Below are positions 54,254 through 64,000 of a stretch of 64,000 bases of DNA, one piece after another. Made by a program: the position numbers and the translations under genes. This DNA comes from Bacilli bacterium (lineage in GTDB: Bacteria > Bacillota_I > Bacilli_A > RFN20 > CAG-826). The stretch is from NCBI GenBank assembly GCA_024408655.1, contig JAKSUV010000005.1, forward strand, positions 2,730-66,729. Reading direction: 5' to 3'. The notes beneath the pieces were generated by a model that was not told the origin of the DNA, did no database searches, and saw nothing but the letters and a program-made list of their open reading frames with translations. Within the stretch, counting starts at the first letter, position 1. Each line of letters starts with the position of its first letter.

Positions 54254-57237
54254 AAGATCTCTAAATCGCTCGCGATGAGTTCCTCCCGGACTCGATCAAT
54301 GCGGCCCGTGACAATAACTATTTTAGCACTAGAAAGTTCTTCTAAGAACTTCCCGTATAAATCGCTAAACACCGTGACCGAGATTTCACTAAGGTTATCG
54401 CTAATACTCATAAAGCACATACTCTTATGGTCTTTTTTAGTTTTAATCCGGCGAATCGATTTAATCATTCCCGCTACTTTCACATTCGTTTGGTTTTTAA
54501 TTTCGCTTACTAAGATGGCCCCCGCTTTTTTAATTGCTTCTTGATAGAAATCAAGGGGTGATTTTGATAAGGTGACGCCTAGACTTTCAAATTCTTTATC
54601 AAGATTATAAACTTCATCTTCCACCACTATTTTAATCCTGGGTGCCGGTAATAAAGAATCGTCTAAAGATAATTGATTTTGGCTATTAACTTTAAGCCGG
54701 GCATATTCCATCACTTTATCTAAAGCCGCGCGAAGAGAAGAACGACCTACCTTAAAGTTATCAAACGCACCGGCGTCAATTAATTTCATAATCGTTGTGG
54801 CGCTCACTTTGTTTGCTACCGCCCGCACCACAAAATCAATAAAGTCACGGTATAAACCATGCTCTTCGCGTTCTTTAATAATGCTCATCACCGCTTGAGA
54901 AAGAATCCCGCGGATACTAATTAATGGCATCACTAGTTTCTTATCAACCGCCTGATAGTGGTCACTGGCTAAATTAATATCGGGCAAAGCAATCATAAGT
55001 CCACGTGTCCGCATCTCACGAATTACTTCGTTAAAATTATGTCCATTATCCAGTACTGCCGCATAGAAGGCAGCGGGATAATGATATTTTAAATAAGCCA
55101 TTTGGTTCGCGAGTTTAGCGTAGGCGTAAGCGTGACTCCGGTTAAAGCCGTAATTAGCGAAACGATAAATTAAATTAAACACTTCTTCGCTTTCTTTTGG
55201 ACTGCTCCCGTTTTTAATTGACCGCTCAATAAAAGAGAATTTTAAACTAGCTAAGATGCTTTCGTCTTTCTTACTAATGGCCCGGCGGAAGGAATCGGCT
55301 TCACTAAAGGAGAAACCCGCCATCGCTCGTACAATCTCCATGATTTGTTCTTGGTAAACGATAATGCCATAAGTGGGCTTTAAAATATCAACAATCTTAT
55401 TTGATGGATAAATGATTTTTTCTTTACCTTCCTTTCGTGCAATAAAACTAGGAATAAATTTCATTGGTCCAGGACGATAAAGTGCGATTAAACTCACGAC
55501 ATCTTCAAACACCCGCGGACGAAACTCTTTAATGGTACGAATCATCCCTTTACTTTCGAGTTGAAATAAACCAATTGTCTCCGCAGTGGCGATTAAACTA
55601 ACTGCCTTCGTGTCATCGTAAGGTAAAGTTTGGTAAGTTAATTTTGGATCATTCACACTTTCAATGACATTACGAACAATCGTGAGGTTTCTTAAACCAA
55701 GCACATCCATCTTTAAATAACCTAAAGCCTCGAGATCATCTTTCTCAAACTGCGATAAATAATTACCCATTCCATCGATATAAACCGGGATTGACTCATC
55801 AAGCGGTTCATCGTTAATAATGACACCCGCCGCGTGCATCCCGGCTTGTCGGGGGAAGCCTTCGATCTTACTCGCCATTGTGACGATAAATAAATAATAT
55901 GGATCACTATCAACTACCCGTTTAAATGCGGGTGAATAACGATAGGCATTATGTAAATCGTTATAACCACCTGTCGCCTTACAAAGAAGTTCAATATAGG
56001 AATCTTTAATTTGGTAAACGCGCCCGATATCGCGTAAGGCTTGTTTAGCCATAATGGTTTGACTTGTGATGATATTACCCACGCGGTTCTTACCGTATTT
56101 ATTTCGTAAATATGTCGCAACTTCTTCGCGCCTAGTATCTTCAAAGTCAACGTCAATATCTGGCATACTTAAGCGGCCCGGATTTAAGAAGCGTTCAAAT
56201 AATAGATGGGCTTTAATCGGGTCAATGGTAATAATATCAAGTGCATAAGCCACTAGTGATCCACCCGCACTACCACGTCCGGGACCAACATAAATCTCGT
56301 GGTCTTTAGCGAACTTTACATAATCCATCACGATTAAAAAATAATCGCTATAACCCATTTTCTTAATGACATCGAGTTCGTAGTCTAAACGCTTTTGGTA
56401 GACTTCATTAATCTCCACTTTTTCTGCTAATAATCGATAAGCCGTTTCTTTTAATAATTCATCGCTATGATCACTATAATGGATTAAAGTTCCCCGCTTT
56501 TTAATTAAATTAAAATCGACGGCTTTGGCAAGTGTTTCAGTAAGGGCAATCTCGCTTGGTTCATATAACGCGTTAATTTCTTCATCCGAATAAAAATAAT
56601 GCACCCCATCCATTGCTTTAACGCTTTCATCTAGATGTGAGTCTTCTTGGATTGCTTTCACTAAGCGATAAACAATTTCGTCACTCTTTTTTAAATAACG
56701 GATATAAGGGAAAGCTAATAGACGATAATTACGTTTAAGGGCGAATGAACGAAGTTTATTACTCGCTTTTTTATCAAGGTCATTATAAATTTCTAGACCA
56801 ATATAAAAGTCTTCAATCGCATCATCAAACGCTTTTAGATAATAAGCAAATTGGATTTCACCCCGATTTTCGAGTTTCCCATATAAACTAGATTCAATTG
56901 AAGAAATAACTACCGCTAAACCTTTTGTGTGACCAGTTAAGGTTTTTAAGGTTAAAGTTTCCGTGTTATAAAGTTTACTTAGATAAAGTAGATTCTTATA
57001 ACCTTCTTCGTTTTTGACGATAAAGGTTAAAAGATTATCATCAATCTTTAAATCAAGACCAAGAATCGGTTTAATCTTTTTTGCTGCACATTCACGAAAG
57101 AAAGAGACACTAGCGACTAATGAATTAAAGTCAGTTAACGCCGCATAATTTTCACTATTTTTTACTAGTTGTTTAATAGTTAAAGCACTACCTAAATAGG
57201 TATAGACTGAATTAACATGTAAACGAACAAAAGCCAT
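54250..57237 (-). CDS. dnaE: DNA polymerase III alpha subunit (DnaE type)
   Basis: PHP-like N-terminus, the polymerase core PDIDVDF, and C-terminal HhH and OB regions. There is an ATGA overlap with polA. Confidence 0.9.
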   Translation of the reverse strand: MAFVRLHVNSVYTYLGSALTIKQLVKNSENYAALTDFNSLVASVSFFRECAAKKIKPILGLDLKIDDNLLTFIVKNEEGYKNLLYLSKLYNTETLTLKTLTGHTKGLAVVISSIESSLYGKLENRGEIQFAYYLKAFDDAIEDFYIGLEIYNDLDKKASNKLRSFALKRNYRLLAFPYIRYLKKSDEIVYRLVKAIQEDSHLDESVKAMDGVHYFYSDEEINALYEPSEIALTETLAKAVDFNLIKKRGTLIHYSDHSDELLKETAYRLLAEKVEINEVYQKRLDYELDVIKKMGYSDYFLIVMDYVKFAKDHEIYVGPGRGSAGGSLVAYALDIITIDPIKAHLLFERFLNPGRLSMPDIDVDFEDTRREEVATYLRNKYGKNRVGNIITSQTIMAKQALRDIGRVYQIKDSYIELLCKATGGYNDLHNAYRYSPAFKRVVDSDPYYLFIVTMASKIEGFPRQAGMHAAGVIINDEPLDESIPVYIDGMGNYLSQFEKDDLEALGYLKMDVLGLRNLTIVRNVIESVNDPKLTYQTLPYDDTKAVSLIATAETIGLFQLESKGMIRTIKEFRPRVFEDVVSLIALYRPGPMKFIPSFIARKEGKEKIIYPSNKIVDILKPTYGIIVYQEQIMEIVRAMAGFSFSEADSFRRAISKKDESILASLKFSFIERSIKNGSSPKESEEVFNLIYRFANYGFNRSHAYAYAKLANQMAYLKYHYPAAFYAAVLDNGHNFNEVIREMRTRGLMIALPDINLASDHYQAVDKKLVMPLISIRGILSQAVMSIIKEREEHGLYRDFIDFVVRAVANKVSATTIMKLIDAGAFDNFKVGRSSLRAALDKVMEYARLKVNSQNQLSLDDSLLPAPRIKIVVEDEVYNLDKEFESLGVTLSKSPLDFYQEAIKKAGAILVSEIKNQTNVKVAGMIKSIRRIKTKKDHKSMCFMSISDNLSEISVTVFSDLYGKFLEELSSAKIVIVTGRIDRVREELIASDLEIL

Positions 57238-57274
57238 GGGAATAAATTATACTATAAATATCATATAATAGGTT

Positions 57275-57294
57275 GTGTACTTTATAAAGTACAC
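57275..57294. promoter_or_regulatory. Perfect 20-bp palindrome GTGTACTTTATAAAGTACAC upstream of dnaE
   Basis: Read directly from the sequence. It abuts the -35 position of a putative TATAAT promoter (57246-57251). Confidence 0.35.
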
Positions 57295-57322
57295 CCATGA
57301 CTATAGAACTAGTATAAAGGAA

Positions 57323-58330
57323 TTAACCACGTGGATTCTTTTGCCAATCGCGCCGAATCCGACCGACCATGGAGTGAATGCGAATTGAACCACCGTGAAG
57401 TTTTACTTGGCCATTCGCGTATTCAATCGCTTCTTTTTGGGTATTAAACACTTTAATCGCGCGCTTCGCTCCTTCACTTTTCACCTTCCACGTCTTAAGG
57501 CGACGGTCATGATAAGAAATGTGATAGACGTTAGTGTAGTTTTCTTGATCAACGCCTAAGGCGTCAATTTCATCCCGCCGGGTTTTGACCACTTTCTTGC
57601 CACTTTGATAGTTATAACCAATCACGATTAAAGACATCAAGCGGTTGACGCACCAAGCGACGAAACAAATCACGTAAGTCATTAGTAAGACAATGCCCGC
57701 AATTCCTAAGTTTTGTAGATAATTAGTGCCATCGTGGATTGGATCATCGGTGCCCGGTAAGATTCTAAAGAAGGGATATGGCGCAAAATCATGAGCAGCC
57801 TTCGCTCCCTGTGTATAGAAAATAATGACCACGCCGAGCACAATAGCGGCAGCGTAAGTTACCGTCACAAGTAGTGGCACAAAGGTTTGGCGAAATTTCG
57901 CTTTGGAAGCAATCGCAAAGAAGAAGAAAAGAATTAGTGATAATAGTGGGCAAAGGAAATGTTGAAAGAGTGAACCACTTTGTACATCAAATAAGGCATC
58001 AAATTGCGTCATCGCGGGACGTAAGATAAACGCGACCACCAGTAACGTTAAAATATTCATTACTGCGCTGATATAACCAAGTGTAAATAACCAATGCGGC
58101 GTAGCGTTTTGCTTCTTTTTCATACCAATGATATTTGGAACAATGCTCATGAGAGCCACTACACCAGTGATGATAGCGGTTAATTCGGTATAAAACCGCA
58201 ATAATTCAACCGGCGAAGTGCCTCCACTCATTGCGGAAGTAATAACAAAATATAAGCCGATGGCTTCACCTATCACTAGCAAAATGTTAATCACTAGTTG
58301 AATGATGTTTAAATTCTTTAATCGCCGCAT
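57323..58330 (-). CDS. Multi-pass membrane protein with a C-terminal DUF2188-like domain
   Basis: About 7 TMs, followed by YHISYHDRRLKTWKVKSEGAKRAIKVFNTQKEAIEYANGQVKLHGGSIRIHSMVGRIR, which is DUF2188-like. Confidence 0.6.
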   Translation of the reverse strand: MRRLKNLNIIQLVINILLVIGEAIGLYFVITSAMSGGTSPVELLRFYTELTAIITGVVALMSIVPNIIGMKKKQNATPHWLFTLGYISAVMNILTLLVVAFILRPAMTQFDALFDVQSGSLFQHFLCPLLSLILFFFFAIASKAKFRQTFVPLLVTVTYAAAIVLGVVIIFYTQGAKAAHDFAPYPFFRILPGTDDPIHDGTNYLQNLGIAGIVLLMTYVICFVAWCVNRLMSLIVIGYNYQSGKKVVKTRRDEIDALGVDQENYTNVYHISYHDRRLKTWKVKSEGAKRAIKVFNTQKEAIEYANGQVKLHGGSIRIHSMVGRIRRDWQKNPRG

Positions 58331-58347
58331 AAAATTTTCTCCTTAAA

Positions 58348-61164
58348 TTATTTTATATGCTTTTTCACCACTAAGATATTCTTGTTATCTTTAAATTGAT
58401 AATGGATTGAGTGCATGGACTTCTTCACTAACAATAAGCCAATCGCGGGAATATTCTCTTCCGTGAGCGCTAAGCCAGGGCGCGCTTGATTAATGCTTTC
58501 GGCAAAATTAGTTTCTTTACCATTATCTTCAATCGTAATCGTACAAACATCACTCTTAATTTCAAAGCCAACAACGACTTTGCCGTTATCAAAATGGTAA
58601 GTTCTTAAAACGACATTAGATAAAATTTCGTCGAGACCAATATCAATTTGCGCGATATGTTTCTTCTCCACGTGCGCCATCACTAACGCCTTATTAACAA
58701 AGTTAATGACATCCTTAATTTCGTCTAAGCGCGGATTAATCACAACCTTTTGTTCAGCAAAAGTGGCGCTAGGCTTATAGCGAACGGCAAGCATCGTAAT
58801 ATCATCGGCTTGACTCACATCCGCTTGGAAGAGATCGACATCTTGCTTCACGGTATCAAGTAATCCTTTGGCGCTATGATATTGAGCGTTATTAAGGAGA
58901 TTTACTAATCGGTCTTCGCCATAGAGTTTCACTTGTTTACTCGTCGCCTCCGTGACGCCATCGGTGTATAAGAAGATCTCATCACCTGGTTTTAATGTAA
59001 TCGAATTAAGTTTATAAGGAATATCTTCCATACCCGCTAAGACTAGACCCGCTGGCATCTTTAGATAGCTAAACACACCATTCTGTTTAATTAACGGTGG
59101 ATTATGACCCGCGTTACAGAATTCAAGGACACCTGTATCAAGATGTAAGATACCAAACCAACCAGTCACAAACATCATTGCCTCATTGTTCGCACATAGT
59201 TCGTTATTAACGCGCGTAATCGCTTCACTTAACGTGTAATCTTGGTTCGTGATATAGGATTTAATAATCGTCTTGGAACGCATCATAAACATCGCCGCTG
59301 GAATTCCTTTACCCGAGACGTCACAGATCGAAATAACTAACCGGTTTTCATCAAGTGGATAGAAGTCATAGAAGTCACCACCGACTTCTTTAGCAGTGGC
59401 CATTAAGGCATATAAATCATAATTATCTTTCACTGGGAAGACGTTAGTTAATGCGCCGTGTTGAATTTCTCTAGCGAATCTTAATTCATCATCAATCCGC
59501 CGGTTCGCTTGATCAATATAATGTTTTAAAGTATCAACCGTGCTATTAATATCATCGGATAAGGACGCGAATTCTTCACTCGAACGAACGTTCACTTTCA
59601 CACCTAAATTACCACCGGTAATCTTTTGTAAAGAACCGTTCACTTTATGAATATTAGAGACAACCGCATTTTTAATGAAGGTATAAATAACCGTATAAAT
59701 TGCGATAAAGATTAATAGTTCAATATAAATCGCAATCCGTAACGAAAGACCCATGCTTGTTTGGGCTTCAAGGAGTGGCAAAATCGAAATAACATCAAAT
59801 TCCTGTGTAACAGTTGTGTTATCCCCTCCGGTCACTTGTGCTTGGATAATTAATACCATCATTGGGTGTAATAAATGATCGCCCTCCGCATCGCGCAAAT
59901 ATGTTTTAAACATCGGTGTCATTTTGTGATTATCAAATTGATCAGGTATCTCATCCCCTAACGAAATATGAATAGTGTCGGTAAATTTTTCTTCAATAGA
60001 TGGATCGTTAATCGCAAAGTTGTTTTCTCCCTTCGCATCAGAAAAGTAAAAAATAATCGGTTCTTTTGGATCTGGCAAATATGCGGCTAACTCGGCACAT
60101 GTACTATAAATTCCGCCAGTTATTACATTAAAAGGCGACTGATTATCTGCGTCTATTATCGGATCAGTATAATTACTCGTTATTCCTATGATCGCTAAAT
60201 AGCCATCGTTAAGAATGCGTCGCGTATAAGCAAGTGGTGCTAATTCGTTTATTGGCGGTTCATCAGGATCATCTGTTTTGTGAGCAATATCCCAACCCCC
60301 AACTGATCCCCATTGTGAAGTTTCAAGTTCATAAGTTAAGTCACGCGCCGCGTTCACAAGTGTTGTATGGGTTTCAACCGAAGCTTGCGTTGAACAAGCA
60401 AAGTAAGTTAATAATGAAGCGCCAATAATCGCCATCATGAATGAGCCAAGCATCCAGCGACGAACTTTCGCGGTAATCGTGTGGTCATGGAAATTATAAC
60501 CAATACGCTCTTTTTCAATAATCGAAATAATTAACAAAGTTAAAACGATAGAACCGGTAACAGCAATCGCACATGGAATATCACAAACCCGAATCACCGC
60601 GTAAGCAAAAGTCACGTTACGGGTAAGCACGCCACACACAAAGAAAATAATCATGTGGATGGTCTCGGTCATAATACCAAGGATAATGCCATAGCCCCAT
60701 TTTGGTTTCTTATTGCTAAATAAGAAGCGACGTAAGATAGCAGCCACGAGGCCTGAGATTAGTAAAGTAATACATTCAGGAATCGCTAAATAATCAGTGG
60801 CAATCCGTAAAGAATATAAACCACGGAATAGGCTAGATAAAGCGCCCGTGATTAAACCAGCGGGCCAACCAAAAGCGATACCCGCAATCATAGGACCCGC
60901 GGAAGCAGCGCCAAAAGATCCCGCGATTTGGACGGTCTCACGCCCGACAACGTTACTATCTAAGCCACTATATTCAACCCCACAACAACACATTAAAATG
61001 GTCACGCCGGTAAAGGCAAGACCAATTATGATTTGTTTAAGCCAATAATTAAGTTTATTCCAGGCCGGTAGTTTTTTATCAAGGAGATGTAAAACAACCG
61101 CCAATGCAGTCGGCGATAAGGCGGTTGCAATAAGGACAAAAATTGGACCGACCCCGATACCCAT
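58348..61164 (-). CDS. Membrane sensor fused to a HAMP-like linker, SpoIIE/PP2C phosphatase and RsbW-like HATPase domain
   Basis: Polytopic N-domain, an ~230-aa outside loop, and a further TM. PP2C motifs GGDFYDF, DVSGKG and DGVTE. The C-terminal ~140 aa is anti-sigma-kinase-like. Confidence 0.8.
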   Translation of the reverse strand: MGIGVGPIFVLIATALSPTALAVVLHLLDKKLPAWNKLNYWLKQIIIGLAFTGVTILMCCCGVEYSGLDSNVVGRETVQIAGSFGAASAGPMIAGIAFGWPAGLITGALSSLFRGLYSLRIATDYLAIPECITLLISGLVAAILRRFLFSNKKPKWGYGIILGIMTETIHMIIFFVCGVLTRNVTFAYAVIRVCDIPCAIAVTGSIVLTLLIISIIEKERIGYNFHDHTITAKVRRWMLGSFMMAIIGASLLTYFACSTQASVETHTTLVNAARDLTYELETSQWGSVGGWDIAHKTDDPDEPPINELAPLAYTRRILNDGYLAIIGITSNYTDPIIDADNQSPFNVITGGIYSTCAELAAYLPDPKEPIIFYFSDAKGENNFAINDPSIEEKFTDTIHISLGDEIPDQFDNHKMTPMFKTYLRDAEGDHLLHPMMVLIIQAQVTGGDNTTVTQEFDVISILPLLEAQTSMGLSLRIAIYIELLIFIAIYTVIYTFIKNAVVSNIHKVNGSLQKITGGNLGVKVNVRSSEEFASLSDDINSTVDTLKHYIDQANRRIDDELRFAREIQHGALTNVFPVKDNYDLYALMATAKEVGGDFYDFYPLDENRLVISICDVSGKGIPAAMFMMRSKTIIKSYITNQDYTLSEAITRVNNELCANNEAMMFVTGWFGILHLDTGVLEFCNAGHNPPLIKQNGVFSYLKMPAGLVLAGMEDIPYKLNSITLKPGDEIFLYTDGVTEATSKQVKLYGEDRLVNLLNNAQYHSAKGLLDTVKQDVDLFQADVSQADDITMLAVRYKPSATFAEQKVVINPRLDEIKDVINFVNKALVMAHVEKKHIAQIDIGLDEILSNVVLRTYHFDNGKVVVGFEIKSDVCTITIEDNGKETNFAESINQARPGLALTEENIPAIGLLLVKKSMHSIHYQFKDNKNILVVKKHIK

Positions 61165-61181
61165 TGTGGGATGTCTAGAGC

Positions 61182-61481
61182 TTATTCAATGGTTAAAATA
61201 GAAGTAAAGCCAGTGATATTGAAGACTTCACGGACAACTTCATTAATGTTCGTAATCTTCATGCTACCACCACGGGCGTTCATGGTCTTTTGGGCGGTTA
61301 ATAATACCCGAAGACCCGCGCTTGAAACATATTCTAGTTTCGAAAAATCTAAAACAAGGTTTTGGCACGTTGGCACAATCTTGTTTAATTCCATTTCGAG
61401 TTCTGGTGCCGTGCCAGTCTCTAAACGGCCTTCGACCATAACAACAGTCGCATTGTCTTTTTTAGTTTGAGTTACCTTCAT
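61182..61481 (-). CDS. STAS-domain anti-sigma-factor antagonist (SpoIIAA/RsbV-like)
   Basis: LVLDFSKLEYVSSAGLRVLL with the conserved phosphorylatable Ser; 99 aa. Confidence 0.85.
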   Translation of the reverse strand: MKVTQTKKDNATVVMVEGRLETGTAPELEMELNKIVPTCQNLVLDFSKLEYVSSAGLRVLLTAQKTMNARGGSMKITNINEVVREVFNITGFTSILTIE

Positions 61482-61569
61482 AAGTTCTCCTTAAACCGTA
61501 GTTATAAAATAACTACAAATCTCTTTGTAAGGATATTGTATAACAATATTATATTCCAGGCAAGGTAGT

Positions 61570-62031
61570 TTATTTTAATGTGTTATATCTAACGCCTTGA
61601 GAAACAAGAAAGCCAAAGGAAATTAAGATTGGCATTGCAGTGGACATAATATTAACTGTTTCAGGTCCTAAAATCTTTTCGTTAAGGAAAAGAACAATAA
61701 TTTGGGCAATGTTCGCTAATAAAATAAGCGGGACTGAAAAGAAAAGGAAAGCTTTGGTCGCCCGGGTTGAATTAATTAAACCAACCTTTTTGATCTCGCT
61801 TACATTCGCTAAGATAACGATTGCGGCGAAGAGCCATAACAAACAATTAACAAAGTTAATAATCGAAAGAATTTGTAAAGATAAAGCGAGTTGCTCTTGG
61901 ATATTAATAAGATTAGATTTTAAGGATGAGGCTAATAAGGCAAACGAAGAAATAGTCATACTAATGAGACTAGAGATATTAAAAACCCGAAAAATCCGTT
62001 TAAAATGAATTTGTTCGTAACTTAATTTCAT
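61570..62031 (-). CDS. Hypothetical 4-TM membrane protein
   Basis: Called from hydrophobicity pattern only. Confidence 0.5.
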   Translation of the reverse strand: MKLSYEQIHFKRIFRVFNISSLISMTISSFALLASSLKSNLINIQEQLALSLQILSIINFVNCLLWLFAAIVILANVSEIKKVGLINSTRATKAFLFFSVPLILLANIAQIIVLFLNEKILGPETVNIMSTAMPILISFGFLVSQGVRYNTLK

Positions 62032-62108
62032 GTTTATGTTTTCTCCTAGAAATGACAGTCGTTATGTTTTATTTTATTGTTTTTATTATACATTATTTAT
62101 TTCTACAA

Positions 62109-62133
62109 ATAAAAATCCCGCTATTGCGGGAAA
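62109..62133 (-). terminator. Rho-independent terminator downstream of the 62257 gene
   Basis: On the minus strand, TCCCGC-aata-GCGGGA is followed by TTTTTATTT. Confidence 0.6.
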
Positions 62134-62256
62134 GAATATATAAACTGGTGCCGACTAACGGAAAGGCACTACATTTATAAAAAACTGTAATTTTTGATAA
62201 TAATCTTAAATAATCTATAATTTTCTCAAATTATTAATAATAAACTTGCCTATTAA

Positions 62257-64000
62257 TTAAATACAGAAAGCCGGGGCGAAGCCGTATTCATTAAACACAT
62301 CACGAATTTTAAATTCCCCGTTTTCATTTACAAAGTGTGATTGCACATAAGCACCTACACCTGTATAAGTGTACGGGGAACGGGTCCAATACACACAGGC
62401 TCCACTACCGGAAGATGCAGCTGTTTTTACTCTTTTTGATTGTGCGTTCTCCATATAATATTCGTAAGTTGTACCTTCATCCCTAGCATATTCAATGGAA
62501 TCTTTATTCATTTCATGGCAAGAAAGCGGGAATATTTTAGTGTATAAGTGATTAGGTTTCCATTCATTACCCGTGGAAACCGGTTTATCAACCTCTTTCA
62601 TAACCGACTGCAATTCACTAGGGAATGCGCCGCCTATTATGGAATTTAACAAATTATTTAGTACCGAGCCGGGGAAATTAGTATTATAGTCCTCGTCCCA
62701 ACAAGTTTTAAGAACACTACCGTCACTATTAGTCATCACATTCGCAAATTCAATCGTTAGTCCAGCCTTGCCGGGAGCTTTCGTTAAATCATCGTGATTA
62801 AAGCCAATGATTCGTAAAGTATGGGCAAGATTATTAACTTGAATCACTTTAGTTTCACCAATCTCAAACCAATCATCGATGTATTCTCCCGGTAGCGAAG
62901 CTAGTTCGTCTAACTGCCCCCATGAAGCGTTAGCAAATACGCTATACTGTGGATCAAAAGCATGAATGAAAACTGATTTAATATTATTTTTATTATCATG
63001 AAGGACGAACATTTTATGAACTTCGTCATATACGATACTCGGGAATTCGTCTACCGAGTACCAAGTTTCAACACCGTCAGTAGTTACGGCCTTAACAGCG
63101 ACATTTTTACCTGTAACACGTTTTGCCGCTTCGTCATCAAAAAGTTTTATTGTTTTGGTAATCTCTGGATCTAAAGGGTCAAAAAATCCACACAAGTAAT
63201 CACTTTGATTTTCTTCGAAAGTAACCCCATAACCACTAAGGGCATAAAAGTATCCATTAACAGGGATTGCCGCAGCATCAATCTTCAAATCACCTTTTAC
63301 GTATTTACCAAAAACCGTAACCGTGCCTTTTAGATGATATGTATCTTCAGCAGCAAATTCAATTTTATATGCATTAGTAGGTAATCTACTATAAGTTTGT
63401 CCTTCTTTAACGCCGATATTAATTTGTTCACATTGATCAGGCGCATAGTAGTAGTAGGTATCATTTGTGGGTGACGGGTTAATTGCTTCAAGAGTAAAAA
63501 CAAAGTCTTCACCACGCTTAGGCGAGGTAATCTCACTACTATAAGTCAGATGAACTTCAGGTGTAATAGCAGTAGTGTCAACGCTATATTCCGGTTGATA
63601 ACCTTCTGCAGAAATTTTAATTAAGCCATCGCCGATGTCAGCGTCCATAGGTAATCTAATACTTGCTTTATCTGGCGAAATAACCTCATATGATTTTATT
63701 TCAATTTCTGATCCAGACGAATTAGTCACAGTAAAACTGTTTATATCTATTGGGAATAAATATTTATCATTTTTTAAATTAAAATTAATTGCAATATTTT
63801 TGGTAGTAGGATAATATTCGATGCTATCGAAGTCTAGCGATTCGCTTGTTAATTGAACATCGTGCTGGTAGACGGCATATGCAGTAGTTGGATCGTTTTT
63901 GCGAAGCGTATAGGTAGGCGGTAAAACAAAACTTCCAAGGGCAGGATTTTCGGTAAAAGACCAACCTTTAAAAGCGAAATTTTCCTTACTAGCGTATTGC
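62257..64000 (-). CDS. Surface protein, 5'-partial (Flg_new-type repeat, Ig-like modules, DUF6273-like C-domain ending ..FAPAFCI)
   Basis: The track starts at GTG 63729, but I translated the same frame upstream and it stays open to position 64000 (..FAFKGWSFTENPALGSFVLPPTYTLRKNDPTTAYAVYQHDVQL..). Confidence 0.85.
   Translation of the reverse strand, partial: QYASKENFAFKGWSFTENPALGSFVLPPTYTLRKNDPTTAYAVYQHDVQLTSESLDFDSIEYYPTTKNIAINFNLKNDKYLFPIDINSFTVTNSSGSEIEIKSYEVISPDKASIRLPMDADIGDGLIKISAEGYQPEYSVDTTAITPEVHLTYSSEITSPKRGEDFVFTLEAINPSPTNDTYYYYAPDQCEQINIGVKEGQTYSRLPTNAYKIEFAAEDTYHLKGTVTVFGKYVKGDLKIDAAAIPVNGYFYALSGYGVTFEENQSDYLCGFFDPLDPEITKTIKLFDDEAAKRVTGKNVAVKAVTTDGVETWYSVDEFPSIVYDEVHKMFVLHDNKNNIKSVFIHAFDPQYSVFANASWGQLDELASLPGEYIDDWFEIGETKVIQVNNLAHTLRIIGFNHDDLTKAPGKAGLTIEFANVMTNSDGSVLKTCWDEDYNTNFPGSVLNNLLNSIIGGAFPSELQSVMKEVDKPVSTGNEWKPNHLYTKIFPLSCHEMNKDSIEYARDEGTTYEYYMENAQSKRVKTAASSGSGACVYWTRSPYTYTGVGAYVQSHFVNENGEFKIRDVFNEYGFAPAFCI

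Noticed and set aside
61171-61470. 99-aa plus-strand ORF exactly mirroring the STAS gene
   Set aside because: The minus-strand product has the full SpoIIAA/RsbV signature, including the DFS..YVSSAGL phosphorylation site. The plus-strand product has no similarity to anything I recognise.

Overview
The window is a compact, low-GC Bacillota/Mycoplasmatota-type chromosome segment, possibly from an Acholeplasma-, RF39- or Erysipelotrichia-like organism; that taxonomic placement is inference only. Almost every gene is on the minus strand. The genetic code is standard: UGA is a stop, RF2 is present with its classical UGA frameshift, and many ATGA start/stop overlaps occur. The backbone consists of housekeeping blocks that are syntenic with Bacillus. 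They are sigH-like/rlmB/cysS, frr-pyrH-tsf-rpsB, xerC-topA-dprA, rnhB-rbgA-rplS, folD, secG, uvrB, prfB-secA, comFA-comFC, and dnaE-polA-mutM/coaE, plus three tRNA genes. Several accessory pieces interrupt this backbone. (1) A five-gene, translationally coupled operon of very large surface proteins, four of them lipoproteins (17.2-29.8 kb), is built from Listeria/Bacteroides-type repeats, BspA-like LRRs and a shared unnamed module. (2) An operon runs folD, divergent ThyX-like gene, three M29 aminopeptidase paralogs and an FNT-like channel. (3) An AT-rich islet between secG and uvrB contains a metallophosphoesterase, an unannotated type III toxin-antitoxin locus, a mosaic duplicated 3' end of uvrB, and a lipoprotein amidohydrolase. 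The TA locus consists of two 45-nt pseudoknot-capable RNA repeats, a terminator and a ToxN/CptN-like toxin carrying an A8 frameshift. (4) A two-gene cassette (small DUF5678-like protein plus retropepsin-like aspartic protease) is wedged between secA and prfB. (5) A STAS protein sits next to a fused membrane-sensor/PP2C/RsbW-like kinase partner-switching module. No CRISPR array, transposase or rRNA gene was seen. All family assignments come from reading motifs by eye and from memory, not from searches.
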